Source: an uncultured Nitrososphaeraceae archaeon (GTDB taxonomy: Archaea > Thermoproteota > Nitrososphaeria > Nitrososphaerales > Nitrososphaeraceae). Taken from it: a stretch of DNA of 40,876 nt. Positions 12,289-24,690 of the stretch are shown in pieces. Position numbers and translations under genes: made by a program. Numbering within the stretch: the first letter of the stretch is position 1; the number at the start of each line of letters is the position of its first letter. The notes beneath the pieces were generated by a model, which had not been told where the DNA came from, did no database searches, and saw nothing but the letters and a program-made list of their open reading frames with translations. The stretch spans positions 1 through 40,876 of the forward strand of contig CAVXZB010000061.1 of assembly GCA_963765895.1 (NCBI GenBank), written 5' to 3'.

Positions 12289-13814
12289 TTACACTATATC
12301 CTTGGCTGTCAAAGGCACCATTCTTGAAGCAAGGCGCTTCATTCTAATGCCTAGGATTACAGATGCTACCAGCATTACAAGCCCAGCACCAAACATAATG
12401 TTAAATGCTTCTGGACTAGGATAGGTACCCTCAGTACCGTTGACAGTTACGGATATTGTAATTGATGATAGAATTACAGTTACCATGACTGGGCCTATAG
12501 CACCCCCTACAATTCTCATCATATTTGTTGCTGCTGAAGAAATACCAGTATATTCTTTAGGTGTAAATGAAATGTTTGTATTGTTTAATGTTAGAGGTAG
12601 AAGGGCTCCAGCGATACCAAATAGAAACAGGCCCCCATTAACAGCTTGTGATGTTGAGTGGAATAGTGTAAGTAACAAGAATGAAATGGCTGAAATTAGA
12701 ATGCCAGGCACGAGTAGTTTTGTATTTAGTCCCTTTCTCTTTCCTATGAGTAATCCGAAGACCGGACCGAAGATCATCATTGACAAGCCAAATGCTAGCT
12801 GTAATAGTCCAGTATGAGTTGGGTCTAGTCCTAATCCAGAGGGAGGAGGTGCTGAGCCCAATTGAGGTATGCCAGTAATAATGAAATATTGTACTATACC
12901 AAACATCAGCATCATAATGTTCCCAGTAAAAATAATTGGATGGAAAACTAACTTCAGGTTTATTAACGGAGCCTTTACTCGCTTTTCTACAATTATAAAA
13001 AATATCAGAAAAATAATTCCGATGATTAGAGGTACTACAAAACTTGTGAAATTAGTGGTAATTGATCCACTAAAGGTTATCGCTATAAGAAAGCTAACTA
13101 AAGTCACAGCCATGGTTATAATACCCATAAAGTCTAGACGTTCTCTTTTAGGTTGCTTTTGCGCTTTGGTAGGAAAACCACCACGACGACTGTCTAATAA
13201 ATGTTCATCAATTACAGTATCATCATCTTCATGTATCTTTTTAGTCTCATCTGTATGTATAAACCTCCAGCAAACAAAGGTCAAGATCACTGCAATAGGT
13301 GCTGTAAAGTAGAATAGACCCTGCCAGCCTGCACCTGCTGCTATTGGCGGTCCTAAAACACCGCCTAATGCCATACCTCCAGAATACGAAGAAAGGTATA
13401 TGCCCATCCCAACAGGAAACTTGCCTTTTGGAAACTGATCTCTTATTATTTTAGTTGAGATGGGAGTGCTAGCTACAGCTATTCCTTGAAGCGCTCTGAT
13501 AGCAAAAAGCGTGTATACATCTCTACTAAATGGTGCTAATATGGTACCTACTGCAAAACAGATCATCATTAACATTAGCATCTTCTTCGCTCCAACAAGG
13601 TCTGATAGCCTTCCCATGATGACAGTCATGACAGCACCTGAGACCATGTATGCTGTCATCACCCAGGATGCAAGTGACAATGAAACTTGGAAATGGTTCG
13701 CAACACTAGAAAGAGTGGCGACATGGCTGTGTTAAGAAATAGAAATATTACAATAGTGGAGCTTAGAATCAGAGCGGATTTCCAAGCGTTAAATGATATC
13801 TGTTCTGTAGGCAT
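12289..13814 (-). CDS. MFS transporter, DHA2-like (frameshift near the N-terminus)
   Basis: Motif A GRLSDLVGAKK and many TM helices. N-terminus MPTEQISFNAWKSALILSS starts at 13814 in a shifted frame. Confidence 0.9.
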
Positions 13815-14141
13815 TGTAGAGGCACTAGCAGACAACTTATTGCAAAAATAACTGTCGCTTTATTTAAGATTATGTAATATAGGCCGAGAGTGAATGTTGC
13901 TGCCTGACTGGAGTGTGCGAACTATTCTGGAGAGACGATAATAAGTATAACATTTTTACGATTATCTTCATCAAGAAGGATAGCAAAATTTGACACGCTT
14001 ATCTCAAGCTGCTCTTTCTAGACAGTGTTAAGAGGTTGTGAGACATAACTAGACTTTCATCAGACTAATGTGGGATGATATTTGAGACTAACAGCTCTGG
14101 ATTCACCAAATCCTGATTTTTAATACTGTCAAGAATCGTAA

Positions 14142-14303
14142 TAAATAATTTCAATTAAAAACGAAAATAGCCTAATACTTTAGGAGCTATTAAATCTCCG
14201 CGTTTTGTTCGCGAGATCAAGCTAAATAATTTCAATTAAAAACGAAAATAGCCTAATACTTTAGGAGCTATTAAATCTCCGCGTTTTGTTCGCGAGATCA
14301 AGC
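14142..14303. repeat. Exact tandem duplication of an 81-bp unit
   Basis: 14142-14222 is identical to 14223-14303; the second unit includes the stop codon of the HdeD-like gene. Confidence 0.95.
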
Positions 14304-14855
14304 TGTTAATCTATCCTTATGCCTTCCAGTAATTCCAACTACCATCATTTCAATCCCACTTATAAGAAATGCAACTGAAATTATAACCCCTAGTAGGGGC
14401 AGACCAATATTGACAGGATGTACCATTACTATAAGTGATATTGCAAGACTTACAACGCCTACCCCAACTTGTATTGCTCTAGATTGGCCCTGGTTATCGC
14501 CTCTGATACCATGTACTATCCTTGAGATACCGCTAAAGAAAAGTGCTATTGCACCAAGAAGTATTAGTATCGCAGATGTGAATATTGGAAACTGCATTAA
14601 AACTATCGAAAAAGCTACAATTAGTAATCCAATCCCAATATTAACTAGACGAGATTTGCTGGCTCTAGAACTTGCTATCCCTGTGGCCACCCGTTCGATG
14701 CCAATTACGAGTAATATCACGGAAAGTACTATTATAATTGAAAAGATTGCAGGGCCTATGTATAGTATTATGACAAGGGAAAGTGTTATGCATATAGCTC
14801 CTAGAACTATCTGCAACATTCGACGCCAGGGAGGATTATCTTCTAATTTCTGCAA
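14298..14855 (-). CDS. HdeD/DUF308 family membrane protein
   Basis: Six hydrophobic helices arranged as three repeated pairs, e.g. IGIERVATGI, SGISRIVHGI, SGIEMMVVGI. Confidence 0.8.
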   Translation of the reverse strand: MQKLEDNPPWRRMLQIVLGAICITLSLVIILYIGPAIFSIIIVLSVILLVIGIERVATGIASSRASKSRLVNIGIGLLIVAFSIVLMQFPIFTSAILILLGAIALFFSGISRIVHGIRGDNQGQSRAIQVGVGVVSLAISLIVMVHPVNIGLPLLGVIISVAFLISGIEMMVVGITGRHKDRLTA

Positions 14856-15042
14856 TATTCTTCTGACTTAATTTTAATATTTAAACTCAACGAAAAGGGG
14901 TGGCATTAGTTAGTGTAATGTAGTGGAGTACAGGTATGTTATCAAAAAAAGAAAATATTGAATAGCAAAATAGTGATCAGTAAAGTGCGATACAGTAAAA
15001 AATACACACTTATATCTTATGGTAATGTAGAGAAATCTAAAA

Positions 15043-15792
15043 ATGTTTGAAGTCGTCTTCCCATCAATCCGTAAGATTGTGCCTGCATTAATCGTAATAG
15101 ATATGCAAAATGGTTTTGTTAGCAAAGGGGGTTCATATGATAAATTGGGAATGAACACTTCTAATTACAGGGAGATAATACCAAGGCTTAAGGATTTAAT
15201 CGAATTCTGCAAGAACAAGGAGATTCCTATTTTTTACACTGAAGCAGTCAAGGAGGCTAGCGGAATTGACGTTTTGACAAAGATTCATAATTTTCTACCG
15301 AAATCGCGACAAGAGCGACTGAAATTTCCGATCTGTATCAGAGGCACATGGGATGGCGTTACAATCGACGAACTAAAGCCTACAGAAAATGATCATGTAG
15401 TTATCAAGCGAAGAGATTCTGCTTTCCAAGACACAGAATTTCGAGTCTGGCTTCAGAGCGAAGGCATTAACTTGCTAGTTTTTACTGGTATTGATACTTC
15501 AATTTGTGTAGAGACATCCTTAAGAGACGGATTTAATATAGGATATGATGTTGCTCTTATATCTGACGCGACAGCATCAGGACATAAAAAACATTATGAG
15601 ACTACCTTGGAAAGAGTAAGAGAATACTATGGATTGGTAATGGATATAGATCGATTTAAGAAAGCAATTAATAATTTGGATAAGATAAGAAAAGGCGAAG
15701 TAGATTTACATAACATCCCAGAAGGGGCTTTGGATGGTTTTCTTGAGGAATTTAACTTACTGGATCCTAGGACGTTTGTCCTCACTAAATGA
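15043..15792 (+). CDS. Isochorismatase-family cysteine hydrolase
   Basis: ALIVIDMQNGF, KRRDSAF and TSICVETSLRDG provide the D-K-C triad. Confidence 0.9.
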   Translation: MFEVVFPSIRKIVPALIVIDMQNGFVSKGGSYDKLGMNTSNYREIIPRLKDLIEFCKNKEIPIFYTEAVKEASGIDVLTKIHNFLPKSRQERLKFPICIRGTWDGVTIDELKPTENDHVVIKRRDSAFQDTEFRVWLQSEGINLLVFTGIDTSICVETSLRDGFNIGYDVALISDATASGHKKHYETTLERVREYYGLVMDIDRFKKAINNLDKIRKGEVDLHNIPEGALDGFLEEFNLLDPRTFVLTK

Positions 15793-16308
15793 GCCTCGAG
15801 TTATTACTTTTATTAATGACATAGATTATCTCCACCTCTACCCTATACAATTTGCTGAGCCATTCATAAGTTAGATCTTCCTCATGCACCACGCATGTTA
15901 TTATGACTGCTATCTAGATGTACATTAGATCCGCCTTGAGCTTTGGATTCTGAGTTTTACTTTGCGTCAACTTTATTAAAAGTAGTTGAATCCCTTTACC
16001 CCAAAGGGATTATATCTAGTCCAGGACTTTACAAGAATGCCAATCATGCGATGTCTTAATAAAAGTATGGCCGGTCCCTATGACACAGCATATTATGATG
16101 AAAGATAGTTAGACTATGCCTTCGGATGATGCAAATATGAAGCCTGTAATCTGTGCACAGACAATATCAAAAATCTGTGTTCTCATTTTCAATGTACAGA
16201 GAGCTTGTTCGACAATTAATAAAATCAAAAGCTACAATATTAGAGTCGAAAAATAGGGCTATCAGATAGTCAAGCATATTAAGATCTCTTTGGACTTGTT
16301 CAGATCAT

Positions 16309-17722
16309 ATGCAAGAAAAGGTACCGAATTTCCAAAGAGTGCTAATTCTACAAGGTGGCGGATCACTTGGAGCATATGAAGCTGGAGCATACAAGGCATT
16401 GTATGAAATGGTCACTAAAATGGACAATGAAAGGGGATTTAAGGGCAAACCATTGATAGATATTGTTGCAGGAACTTCCATTGGTGCAATAAATTCTGCG
16501 GTGCTTGTAAGCGATGTGATAGAAAATAGTACATGGGAAGGTTCTGCTGAGAGACTATACGAATTCTGGGAATATTTATCAAAAGAATCGTTATTGGATT
16601 ACATTCCTGGCTTCACATATTGGTGGGATTTCTTTCACAATAAGGTTAATCATAAAATAGCCACAGGAGAGGCTGCAAGACGATATTATGCGACAAAAGA
16701 GTTTTCGGCTGTAGGAGTACCTACTGTTTTCTCTCCTTTAATGCCTCAACTAGATACAAAGTTTTTTGATCCTCAAAATATATGGTATAACTTTGACAGC
16801 AAACCATTAAAGAGAAGTTTAGAAAAATTCGTAAAATTTCCAATAGCAACAACTTTCGACGAGAAAGCCTCATTGACTCAACCAAGACTCATACTAGTTA
16901 GTGTTGATGTGGCAGAAGGCGCCACTGTAGTATTTGATAGTTATGAAAAGGAGGATGGTTCGAGAAGATACAGGATATGGAAAATATATCATTCAAGACG
17001 GCAAAGAAGTGGGATTCACTCATACTATAAGGTATAATGACGGGATTACCGCTGATCAAGTTATTGCAAGTGCATCAGTACCACTTAATTTTGGCTATAT
17101 CCCTCTAGAAGTTGAAAGCTATAATCGCACTACCTCTAGCTACGAGAAAAATATCCGTTACTTTTGGGATGGCGGAATAATGAGTAATACTCCGTTAACA
17201 CAAGTTGTTCTGCATCACCGGCATTATTGGCTCAAGAGAAAGGGTTTCAAAGACGTAGTTCCAAGGCTGAATATCGCCATAGTCAATGTTCATCCAGCAA
17301 AACAAGACACAATTCCATGGGACCATGATGGTGTTATAAATAGAAGAGAGGACATAACATTCTCAGACAGAACAGAACGTGAGGAACAGGCTATATTACT
17401 AGTATCGGACTTGGTTGATCTAGGAAGGGAGTTAATCAAGATTGCAAAAGATCATGGTGTAAGTGATGACATCATAAATTCCTTATTGGACAGAAAGACT
17501 ATTAATCATGGTCTTGCTATTAGACCTAGAAAATATTCTGATATACTGATAGGACAATTTGAAATAGGAGATGTAGTGCGAATAAACCGCAAAAGCGATC
17601 AATACACTATATCAAATAAAATATTTGACTTTTCTTCCAAAACGATTAATCAATTGAGAGAAAGCGGATATAAGAATACCCTTGACCGTACTGATGTAGA
17701 ATACAAGGGGGAGAATTTCTAA
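16309..17722 (+). CDS. Patatin-like phospholipase/esterase 1 (one frameshift ~16965)
   Basis: GGGSLGAY oxyanion motif and GTSIG nucleophile in ORF 16309-17037; WDGG in ORF 16934-17722. Confidence 0.9.
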
Positions 17723-18291
17723 TTATAATCAAATAGGATCAACGACATCAGGTAGAGGAACATTGTAACTAGGATGGTGTCGGAAGTTGAGAAAAATGTT
17801 TCTAGCCGTTTGTTATTCAAATAATTGAGAATGTCTTCATACATCACACGCAATTTCTGGGAGAATATGAGTTACGATGGATGATGGTACTGAAGTTGAA
17901 GGCGGATTTGGTGACACCCGTGTACTACTATATTGACATAATGAACTCCCAGTGCAAAAATCGAATAATATTTAAGACAAAGAAAATGGCGAAGAGCGAT
18001 GAACGATATTGACGATGCAGCGATCCTGAAGAGGCTCGAATAACCCTGAGTCGGGATCTGTACCGAAGACACACACATGACTCGTGCTTTCGTTACCTTC
18101 ATTATGTCAACATCATCTTCTCGGACGGCCCGAATCAATTCAATTTTGTTGTAGACAATGGTAACCCCCTTGAACCTCTATCCAACTTAAATGTAAACTA
18201 GGATGTCAGAATCACTAGAGTCCTAAGCTTAAGTAATGACTCCATTGCATCTATTCCCAACAACCCTATTGTGATGTCTTTTAGATCCATA

Positions 18292-18596
18292 TTATGTATT
18301 CTTTCTAGTATACCCGCCAACGTGGCATACTTCTGTACGCAATTCATTTATCGTCTCTTCAACCATTTGATCAAGAGCCTTATTCTCCCCTATGAAACTC
18401 AATCTCGTAGCATGCGTCCTCAATACTGACTTTATAGGATCAATTAGCACTAAGACGCTAACGACTTCCTTCAGATCCATGTCCGGAATCCTTTCCAGAA
18501 TGGCAGTGAATATAGGATACTTTGATACTTTGTCCTCAACTCATTAGTCTGTTCCTTCACCTTCTCGTGACTGACATCTGTGTCTGGAATACTCAT
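18292..18596 (-). CDS. Hypothetical protein (frameshifted)
   Basis: ATG at 18596 (MSIPDTDVSHEKVKEQTNELRTK) joins ORF 18292-18480 after a shift; internal repeat NELRT. Confidence 0.4.
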
Positions 18597-19219
18597 TAAT
18601 TCAAGACTCCAATTGCAGTAATTAAACATTATGGGAAAAATAGCGTAATTCCTTCCCTCATGACTTACCTGTCACTAATAATACTATATGTTACCAGAAT
18701 GCGAAACGTGAGTATCATCGTATAGGAGAATTCAACGCCAGCAGAACTTATTATTACTAGAGCAACCAGTACGCTTACTTTCACTATCAATCTGCTAATC
18801 ATTTTACTTATTGGCAGAGGTATTATATTCTGATTTTTATACTTGTTTGATTGCTTTAGTCACCGATTACTCAAATGACTGAATATTGTAAATGTAACGA
18901 GTTGAAAAGGCATTTGATTACAGTAGTATTCAATACTATAAACCTGAAAACGACCGAGTTAACGCAGTAAAAAAGACAGACAGTTAAGCGTGAGTCTACA
19001 CCGTAATCAAATAGGTTCAGTGATTATGTGGATGTTTACTAACATTGGTATGAATCCAGATATCGATAATATCAGGATTCCTAATCATGCACTAGATTTT
19101 GTTTATGAAGTATCTAGACATGTACCAGACTTGGAAATTAACAGACTAATCAATAAAGACATTTACTTTTTTGGACTTATAGGTAAGGGGAACTTGGTCT
19201 TCTACTTGGCTTGAGAAGA

Positions 19220-19500
19220 CAAAGTGGTAGCTTATCAAAAGTACTTGACAGAACTAAATAACCTGAGATGAATTCAAGTAGTTGCTAACCAAACAGTTGT
19301 ACAGGCTCAAGCACAGGCAAAGCTTAACATAGCAAAGGCTGGTGGAGAATCACAAGCAATTAAAATTATTACATCACAGTTAAGACAGGACCCACAATAT
19401 CTTCAGTGGCAGACAATCAATAGATGGAATGGACAGATGCCGTATTCTTTAGGTGGACAAGGAGGAGGGGCAACTATTTGTCCAACTCCGCTTCTCTTCT
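19220..19500 (+). pseudogene. SPFH/prohibitin-family C-terminal remnant
   Basis: KVVAYQKYLTELNNLR...QVVANQTVVQAQAQAKLNIAKAGGESQAIKIITSQLRQDPQYLQWQTINRWNGQMPYSLG; no N-terminal part is present. Confidence 0.7.
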
Positions 19501-19537
19501 TACACGGGCAAGTACTACTTTCATCTGTTCCTTACTC

Positions 19538-20962
19538 TCATTGTATCCATCTTGAATTAGCTGGTCGGATTGTAGTTTTTGAAAAGTCAAATGTCTTATT
19601 TGAAATAGTATGACTGTCGTTCTTTCGTTCCAAACGAACAACAAAATCAACATCTATGTTGGCCTTTAGCAATTCCTCAAACCTCCAATGCTTGCCAGTG
19701 GCAAGATACACAGCCTTGGTTTCTTCCTTCAAAATCTCTTGTACTGCCTCTTTGCTCACACCCTTCTCTTCGGCTAATTTAATTAGTGACTTGGCCAATC
19801 TTATATAATCAGATATAAGAACTGCAACATTTTCATCAAATACTGTTCTGTCATGAAATATGATGTCATTCTTTCTGTCAACTACACCATCATAGTCAGA
19901 AGGAAGATAATCTTGTTTAGCTGGATGAAGATTTATTATACCGTATCTTAGTTTAGGTATATTCTCTTCCAATTTCCTCACTCTATACCAGTATTCTCTA
20001 TGAGCAATTATAGTCTGCCTTAGCGGGGTATTAGTGAATAGTCCACCGTCCCAGAAACTGCGCAGACTCTTATTGGCGTTCGAAGAAGAAGAAGGACTAT
20101 TACCATCCCCAGTATCTGCAGAGTCACCTTGCCCTCCCCCGACCAAGACACGGGTTTCAACATTTAGTCGAGTATAATCATAATTTACAGGAACCGAACA
20201 GCTTGCTAAGACAAAGTCTGCTATAATACCATCGTCGTATCTTATAACGTGTTCAAATTGTTCAGTATTCTCCTGATCCTTTGCCGAACCTACATATTTC
20301 AATCTACCATATCTACCGTATTCTGACTTCCTTGTTCCATCCTCCTTTTCGTAGCTATCGAAAACCACAGGTGTAAGATCCTGTACATCCACAGCAACTA
20401 GCAAGAGTCTTGGTTCATTATTCTCGAAGCTTGTGGAAATAGGAAACTTTGCAAACTTTTCCAAGCTTTCTTTTAATGGTCTATTGTCATAGACATACCA
20501 TGTATTTGATGGATCAAAAAATCTATTGTCTGGCAAGGGTGTCTTTGGTATAAACACGTGGGGAACTCCTCTAAAAATAAATTCCTTAGTGCTAAAATAT
20601 CTTCTGGCAGATTCTCCTGAAGCAATTCGTCTATCTAATCTACGCCAAGAATCCCAATAATTTTTAAAGTATGGTATGTTTTCAACAGACGACTGAGTAG
20701 ACAGATATTCCCAAAACTCGACAAGCCTTTCGCCTGATCCTTCCCATGTTTTATTTTCCTTTACATAGCTTACTAGTAAAGCAGCATTTATTGCGCCTAT
20801 TGACGTTCCGGATACGATATGAAATATTGGCTCGTTTCCTCTGCCTATTGTTCTAGAGTATGCAGAAAGTTCCTCACTGATAGCTTTGTAAGCACCAGCT
20901 TCATATGCACCAAGCGAACCGCCTCCTTGAAATATTAATGCTCTATTGATACTGGAATTCAT
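19538..20962 (-). CDS. Patatin-like phospholipase/esterase 2
   Basis: GGGSLGAYEAG, GTSIG and FWDGG motifs; clear paralogue of 16309-17722; probable frameshift in the last codons. Confidence 0.9.
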   Translation of the reverse strand: MNSSINRALIFQGGGSLGAYEAGAYKAISEELSAYSRTIGRGNEPIFHIVSGTSIGAINAALLVSYVKENKTWEGSGERLVEFWEYLSTQSSVENIPYFKNYWDSWRRLDRRIASGESARRYFSTKEFIFRGVPHVFIPKTPLPDNRFFDPSNTWYVYDNRPLKESLEKFAKFPISTSFENNEPRLLLVAVDVQDLTPVVFDSYEKEDGTRKSEYGRYGRLKYVGSAKDQENTEQFEHVIRYDDGIIADFVLASCSVPVNYDYTRLNVETRVLVGGGQGDSADTGDGNSPSSSSNANKSLRSFWDGGLFTNTPLRQTIIAHREYWYRVRKLEENIPKLRYGIINLHPAKQDYLPSDYDGVVDRKNDIIFHDRTVFDENVAVLISDYIRLAKSLIKLAEEKGVSKEAVQEILKEETKAVYLATGKHWRFEELLKANIDVDFVVRLERKNDSHTISNKTFDFSKTTIRPANSRWIQ

Positions 20963-21287
20963 AAAATCTTATTCACATCATCTCGTATATTTATTGTCAG
21001 GAGGCGGCGCTGCGTACTATTAATAGCTTGAATATAACGGATATCCATCGTCTTATCAAAGATTTAGGAATACCTGCGGAAATAGTATCTCTGTATCTCA
21101 ATATTTGATACTTCCAAGCATTTACTCAACTATTTAGCACAATTCTAACTAGTAATATGTGAAGAAGATCTCGTGGTTGGTCCGCTGAGCCTGACATACT
21201 GACGTAGATTCCAGTTAAGCTACAAGATCAGCAGACTATGAATACCTCTGTGTTTATCTCTTACTACCATCATCTATCGTGTGCGCA

Positions 21288-22854
21288 TTACTGGAGGAGG
21301 AGTCCATGTTCCGTTAAGAACATGTTCTCCTGGAAGATATGTACGCATAACAATACTAAATGTATTTGATACAGAAGTAGCAGGAGTGGCAGCCAATTAG
21401 ATTCTTTATCTGCACCAGGACTAGCATGCTGTATGTATATATCAAGTGAGCCATCAGTGTTGGACTTCAATCCTTCAGTGTATTTGCCTATCTTGTAACG
21501 ATTTATTGGGTTGTCTACAAACAATGACTTGTTATTATACATAGTAATAGACCAAAACGCATTTACTGGTGGAGTTTGTCCGGCGTTAAAGTGAATCGTA
21601 TAGTTGTTAGCACCAGTTAAGGGTTTTCCCTCCATATCTGTAAATGTAATGGGGTATAACGCTTCTTGTGCTATGTGAGAACCTAATGCTATTTGTGTGA
21701 CAGCAGCACGGAGAAGATAGTCAGTTCCAAAAACTCCTGCTTCAGAGACAGTAAGCCACCCATTGACTTTATTTCCAATATTTGCTACTCTTGCGTCTAT
21801 CAACTTTTGACCTTCTGTAATACCCGTCTGTAGTGCTCGCTTTAATTGTATCATTAGCCTCAGTTGACGGTGTCTTGCCAGGTCCGATACCTATAGATGC
21901 AAGCTTTGTAACAAGGGCGGGATCTGGAGGGTTTAGTGGATTACCAATCATTGCTTTACCAATTTCATCATATATTTTGATACCTGTAGGAGCTATCAAA
22001 TAGGGTTGAGGTCCAATTGGAACTTGTTTTGATGCGTAAGAGGAAACATTTGTTGTTGATGTTGATGGTTGTTGTACATTCGCTGCCGCAGTCTTTCCTT
22101 GGAAAACAGATAGTGGTTTAACACTTATCTTATCTTGGATTGCATGTGCATTGGCTAAATCAGATGGGCCTTTCACCAAGACATGGTTAATAAGCCATGC
22201 AAGGTTTGTCGGAGACCATATCTTTGTCATTCCTTGGGGAACCTGCCCCTTCCAGTCTGGTCCAGCAATAAGGTAGGTACCGCCATTAGATCCTGTAGCA
22301 CGTGTTCCAAGATAAGCAAAAACATTTGTATACGCATCTAAGAACTCAAATGTGTGATATCTATCAGCAGGAACTGGGGGTACAACAAGAACTACAGGTT
22401 CTTTCTTAAGATCAAAGTGGACAAAACAGTATAGAGTATCAGAATTTGGACTGACAACGTCTGTGCTACTGGCATTTTGAAGGTTACGAGCACAGGTTAT
22501 CGTGTTAGCAGGACCACGGCCAACTCCTACAGGTGGAACGTTTGGACTTGTGACGAAATCGAATTGTCTTTTCATTGTAACGGGGGAAAATCCCCATATG
22601 TAAGCAAGTGTGGCGATATCAGCAGGATTGTTTGATGATGATAACTGTGCCATCTTTGTATTCAGTTGTTCAATTGGAGATTGAGCGGAGCCAGATGTTG
22701 TAGCAAGGGGAGGAGAAGGATCAGCGGCATTAACTGCAGGTAAGAATTGCAGTGCATTGAAAAGTCCCGAAAAACATAGGCTAGCTAAAGAAAACAATAT
22801 AATTGAATCTCTCATAATTTTTGATGTACTATAACTTTCTACATTAATAAACAC
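21288..22854 (-). CDS. Secreted DUF1254/DUF1214 domain protein (frameshifted)
   Basis: Signal-peptide-like N-terminus; VVSPNSDTLY...DLKKEPVVL...GTRATG (DUF1254) and PPVNAFWSITMY...DGSLDIYIQ...ESNWLP (DUF1214). Confidence 0.85.
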
Positions 22855-23131
22855 AGGCTATACCACAGAGCTTCGCTATTTAACAAGATCGTTTGCATTG
22901 CCCTATGGTGTTGATGAAAACTCAATATCTTTTCTACTAGAGTCTATAGATCTACTGATCATCATTGTCCTCTAGGATGATCGAGATTGTCACAAGTGCA
23001 TAGCGACACAGCGCAGGTCTAAATGAAAGTAGAAGCAAAACATCTTTTCCTGCATACATACTGTAATTAGTTAGTCTAGCTCATCGATGTTTGCGCTTGA
23101 TATGCCATACCTAAAATTCATCCTAATAGTT

Positions 23132-23165
23132 TATGACTTATGACTTACTATGACTTATGACTTAC
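23132..23165. repeat. Short tandem repeat (TATGACTTATGACTTAC)x2
   Basis: Directly visible 17-bp duplication built from 7-mers, intergenic. Confidence 0.8.
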
Positions 23166-23402
23166 GGCACAGGCTAACGAATCTTTTCATTATTATGATG
23201 ATTTCTACATAGTCCTAAAATGGGAGATTTGATATATAGATTAGTCCCGGCTTAATAAACAGACACAATAATTAAATTAACTTTCATCTAGAGGTATAAA
23301 TCATAAATCCTTGTAAACCACCTAAACAGGGTCAATCCTAAATATGTACAAATATCCCAGAGAGACCCTACGTTTTGTATCCAAATTAGAAAAATTACAT
23401 AT

Positions 23403-24062
23403 CTACTTTTCCAAGACGTCATCTCTTCCTTCGTTAATCAATTTATATCTAACAAGTATTCTCCTATTGATACCTATTAGTAGACCGAGAGAAATCATCA
23501 GTAAAAAATCAAAGGCTATGGTTGCTAGTTCTACCGTTGAATTATTGGCGTATATTAATCCTCGTCGGCTTGGTGAGAACAAACTGCCAATAAACAATAT
23601 AGATATTATGATGCGTGATGCAGTTCCTATCACGTAGCCAAAGTGAATGTGAGTTCCACCCTTTACATAAATGGAACCAGACTTTGATTCCCTCCAGAAA
23701 GATATAAGCCGATTTGAATGTAAATATGAATAATGTTGTAATCCAAGAAACAGGATAAGATAAGGAATTAGATATAAACTTGGAACGCCAGCAGTATAAA
23801 CTGAGTCAAAGATAACAATACCACCAATTGTTAAAAAGAAAACAGACTCTACTAGTATCTTTGGCTTTGTTATTTTCCTTCCATGTTTAGTCCATTTGAT
23901 TCTGGTAATAATTACAATTATGATTACTATGCTGTAAAGTATTATCCTAACTATGTGAATTCCGTATGGTGCTATCGAGTTTTGTACGTCTGATAGATGG
24001 AGCTTTGTAGGATTCATATTGTCAACATTAAAAGCGTATGTAGTTTGTATTGCAGAGGGCAC
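23403..24062 (-). CDS. Membrane protein, CcdC/DUF1453-like
   Basis: 219 aa with about five TM segments and an IYVKGG...SRIII motif; family assignment is tentative. Confidence 0.55.
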   Translation of the reverse strand: MPSAIQTTYAFNVDNMNPTKLHLSDVQNSIAPYGIHIVRIILYSIVIIIVIITRIKWTKHGRKITKPKILVESVFFLTIGGIVIFDSVYTAGVPSLYLIPYLILFLGLQHYSYLHSNRLISFWRESKSGSIYVKGGTHIHFGYVIGTASRIIISILFIGSLFSPSRRGLIYANNSTVELATIAFDFLLMISLGLLIGINRRILVRYKLINEGRDDVLEK

Positions 24063-24167
24063 AATGAAAATGGTAACTATCGTTAACGCGAGTATCGACG
24101 TACAATCTTTGCCATAGTCATTATATTGCTTTTTTATTGTTATGTTACACCTTACGTAAGAAAGGTA

Positions 24168-24690
24168 TCATACAATTTTAGATTTTCTATTTAATTTTCT
24201 ATTGAGACTGATAGCGTGGTGATGTACAATTCCATTCTTGATCATCTCTTTGATCTGTATCTCGCCTTGTTCATAAACTAGTGCATTAGGAGGAGTACCC
24301 ATTGGTAGGAGGAACGCGAGGGAACTAGATAATGTAATCCCAGCAAGAAATTGTAATGGAGACCAATGATTCAATGCAGCCATGCTTGCAACAACGGGTA
24401 TGAATATAGCTCGCCGTTGCTGTATTTGACATTGTATTGCCTATAATCATTGTAATAGAAACAATAAGAATTACTACTACTGGGAATGGCAGAATACTTA
24501 ATGCTGACAATTTGGTCCCCAGATAGTCAGCAAGGCCCGATGTTGTAAACGCCAATGACAGAGAAAGTCCTGCAACTAGGATAAATAAAACACCAAGCGG
24601 GACTCTTTGCACATCTGACCAGTTCAGAAATTTTTCAGTTCTATTTTTAGGTATCACAAATAATGATACACCACCAAAAATTGCAATACC
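24168..24690 (-). pseudogene. SLC13/DASS sodium:anion symporter C-terminal fragment
   Basis: LNWSDVQRVPLGVLFILVAGLSL, MSNTAT and AFLLPMGTPPNALVY motifs; the N-terminal half is missing. Confidence 0.8.

Noticed and set aside
12440-13735. Plus-strand ORFs 12440-12817, 12869-13312 and 13511-13735
   Set aside because: Antisense shadows of the MFS gene. The same applies to 11052-11360, 14410-14871, 23344-23637, 32693-33010 and the plus-strand ORFs over the Asp-box gene.
14142-14303. Possible CRISPR array
   Set aside because: Only two abutting 81-bp units, with no spacers and no cas genes.
15989-16011. Short hairpin AATCCCTTT-N5-AAAGGGATT (similar case at 33746-33772)
   Set aside because: Isolated 8-9-bp stems are expected by chance in 40 kb and have no supporting context.
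16309-20962. CBASS system with a CapV-like patatin effector
   Set aside because: No CD-NTase or other CBASS gene is nearby.
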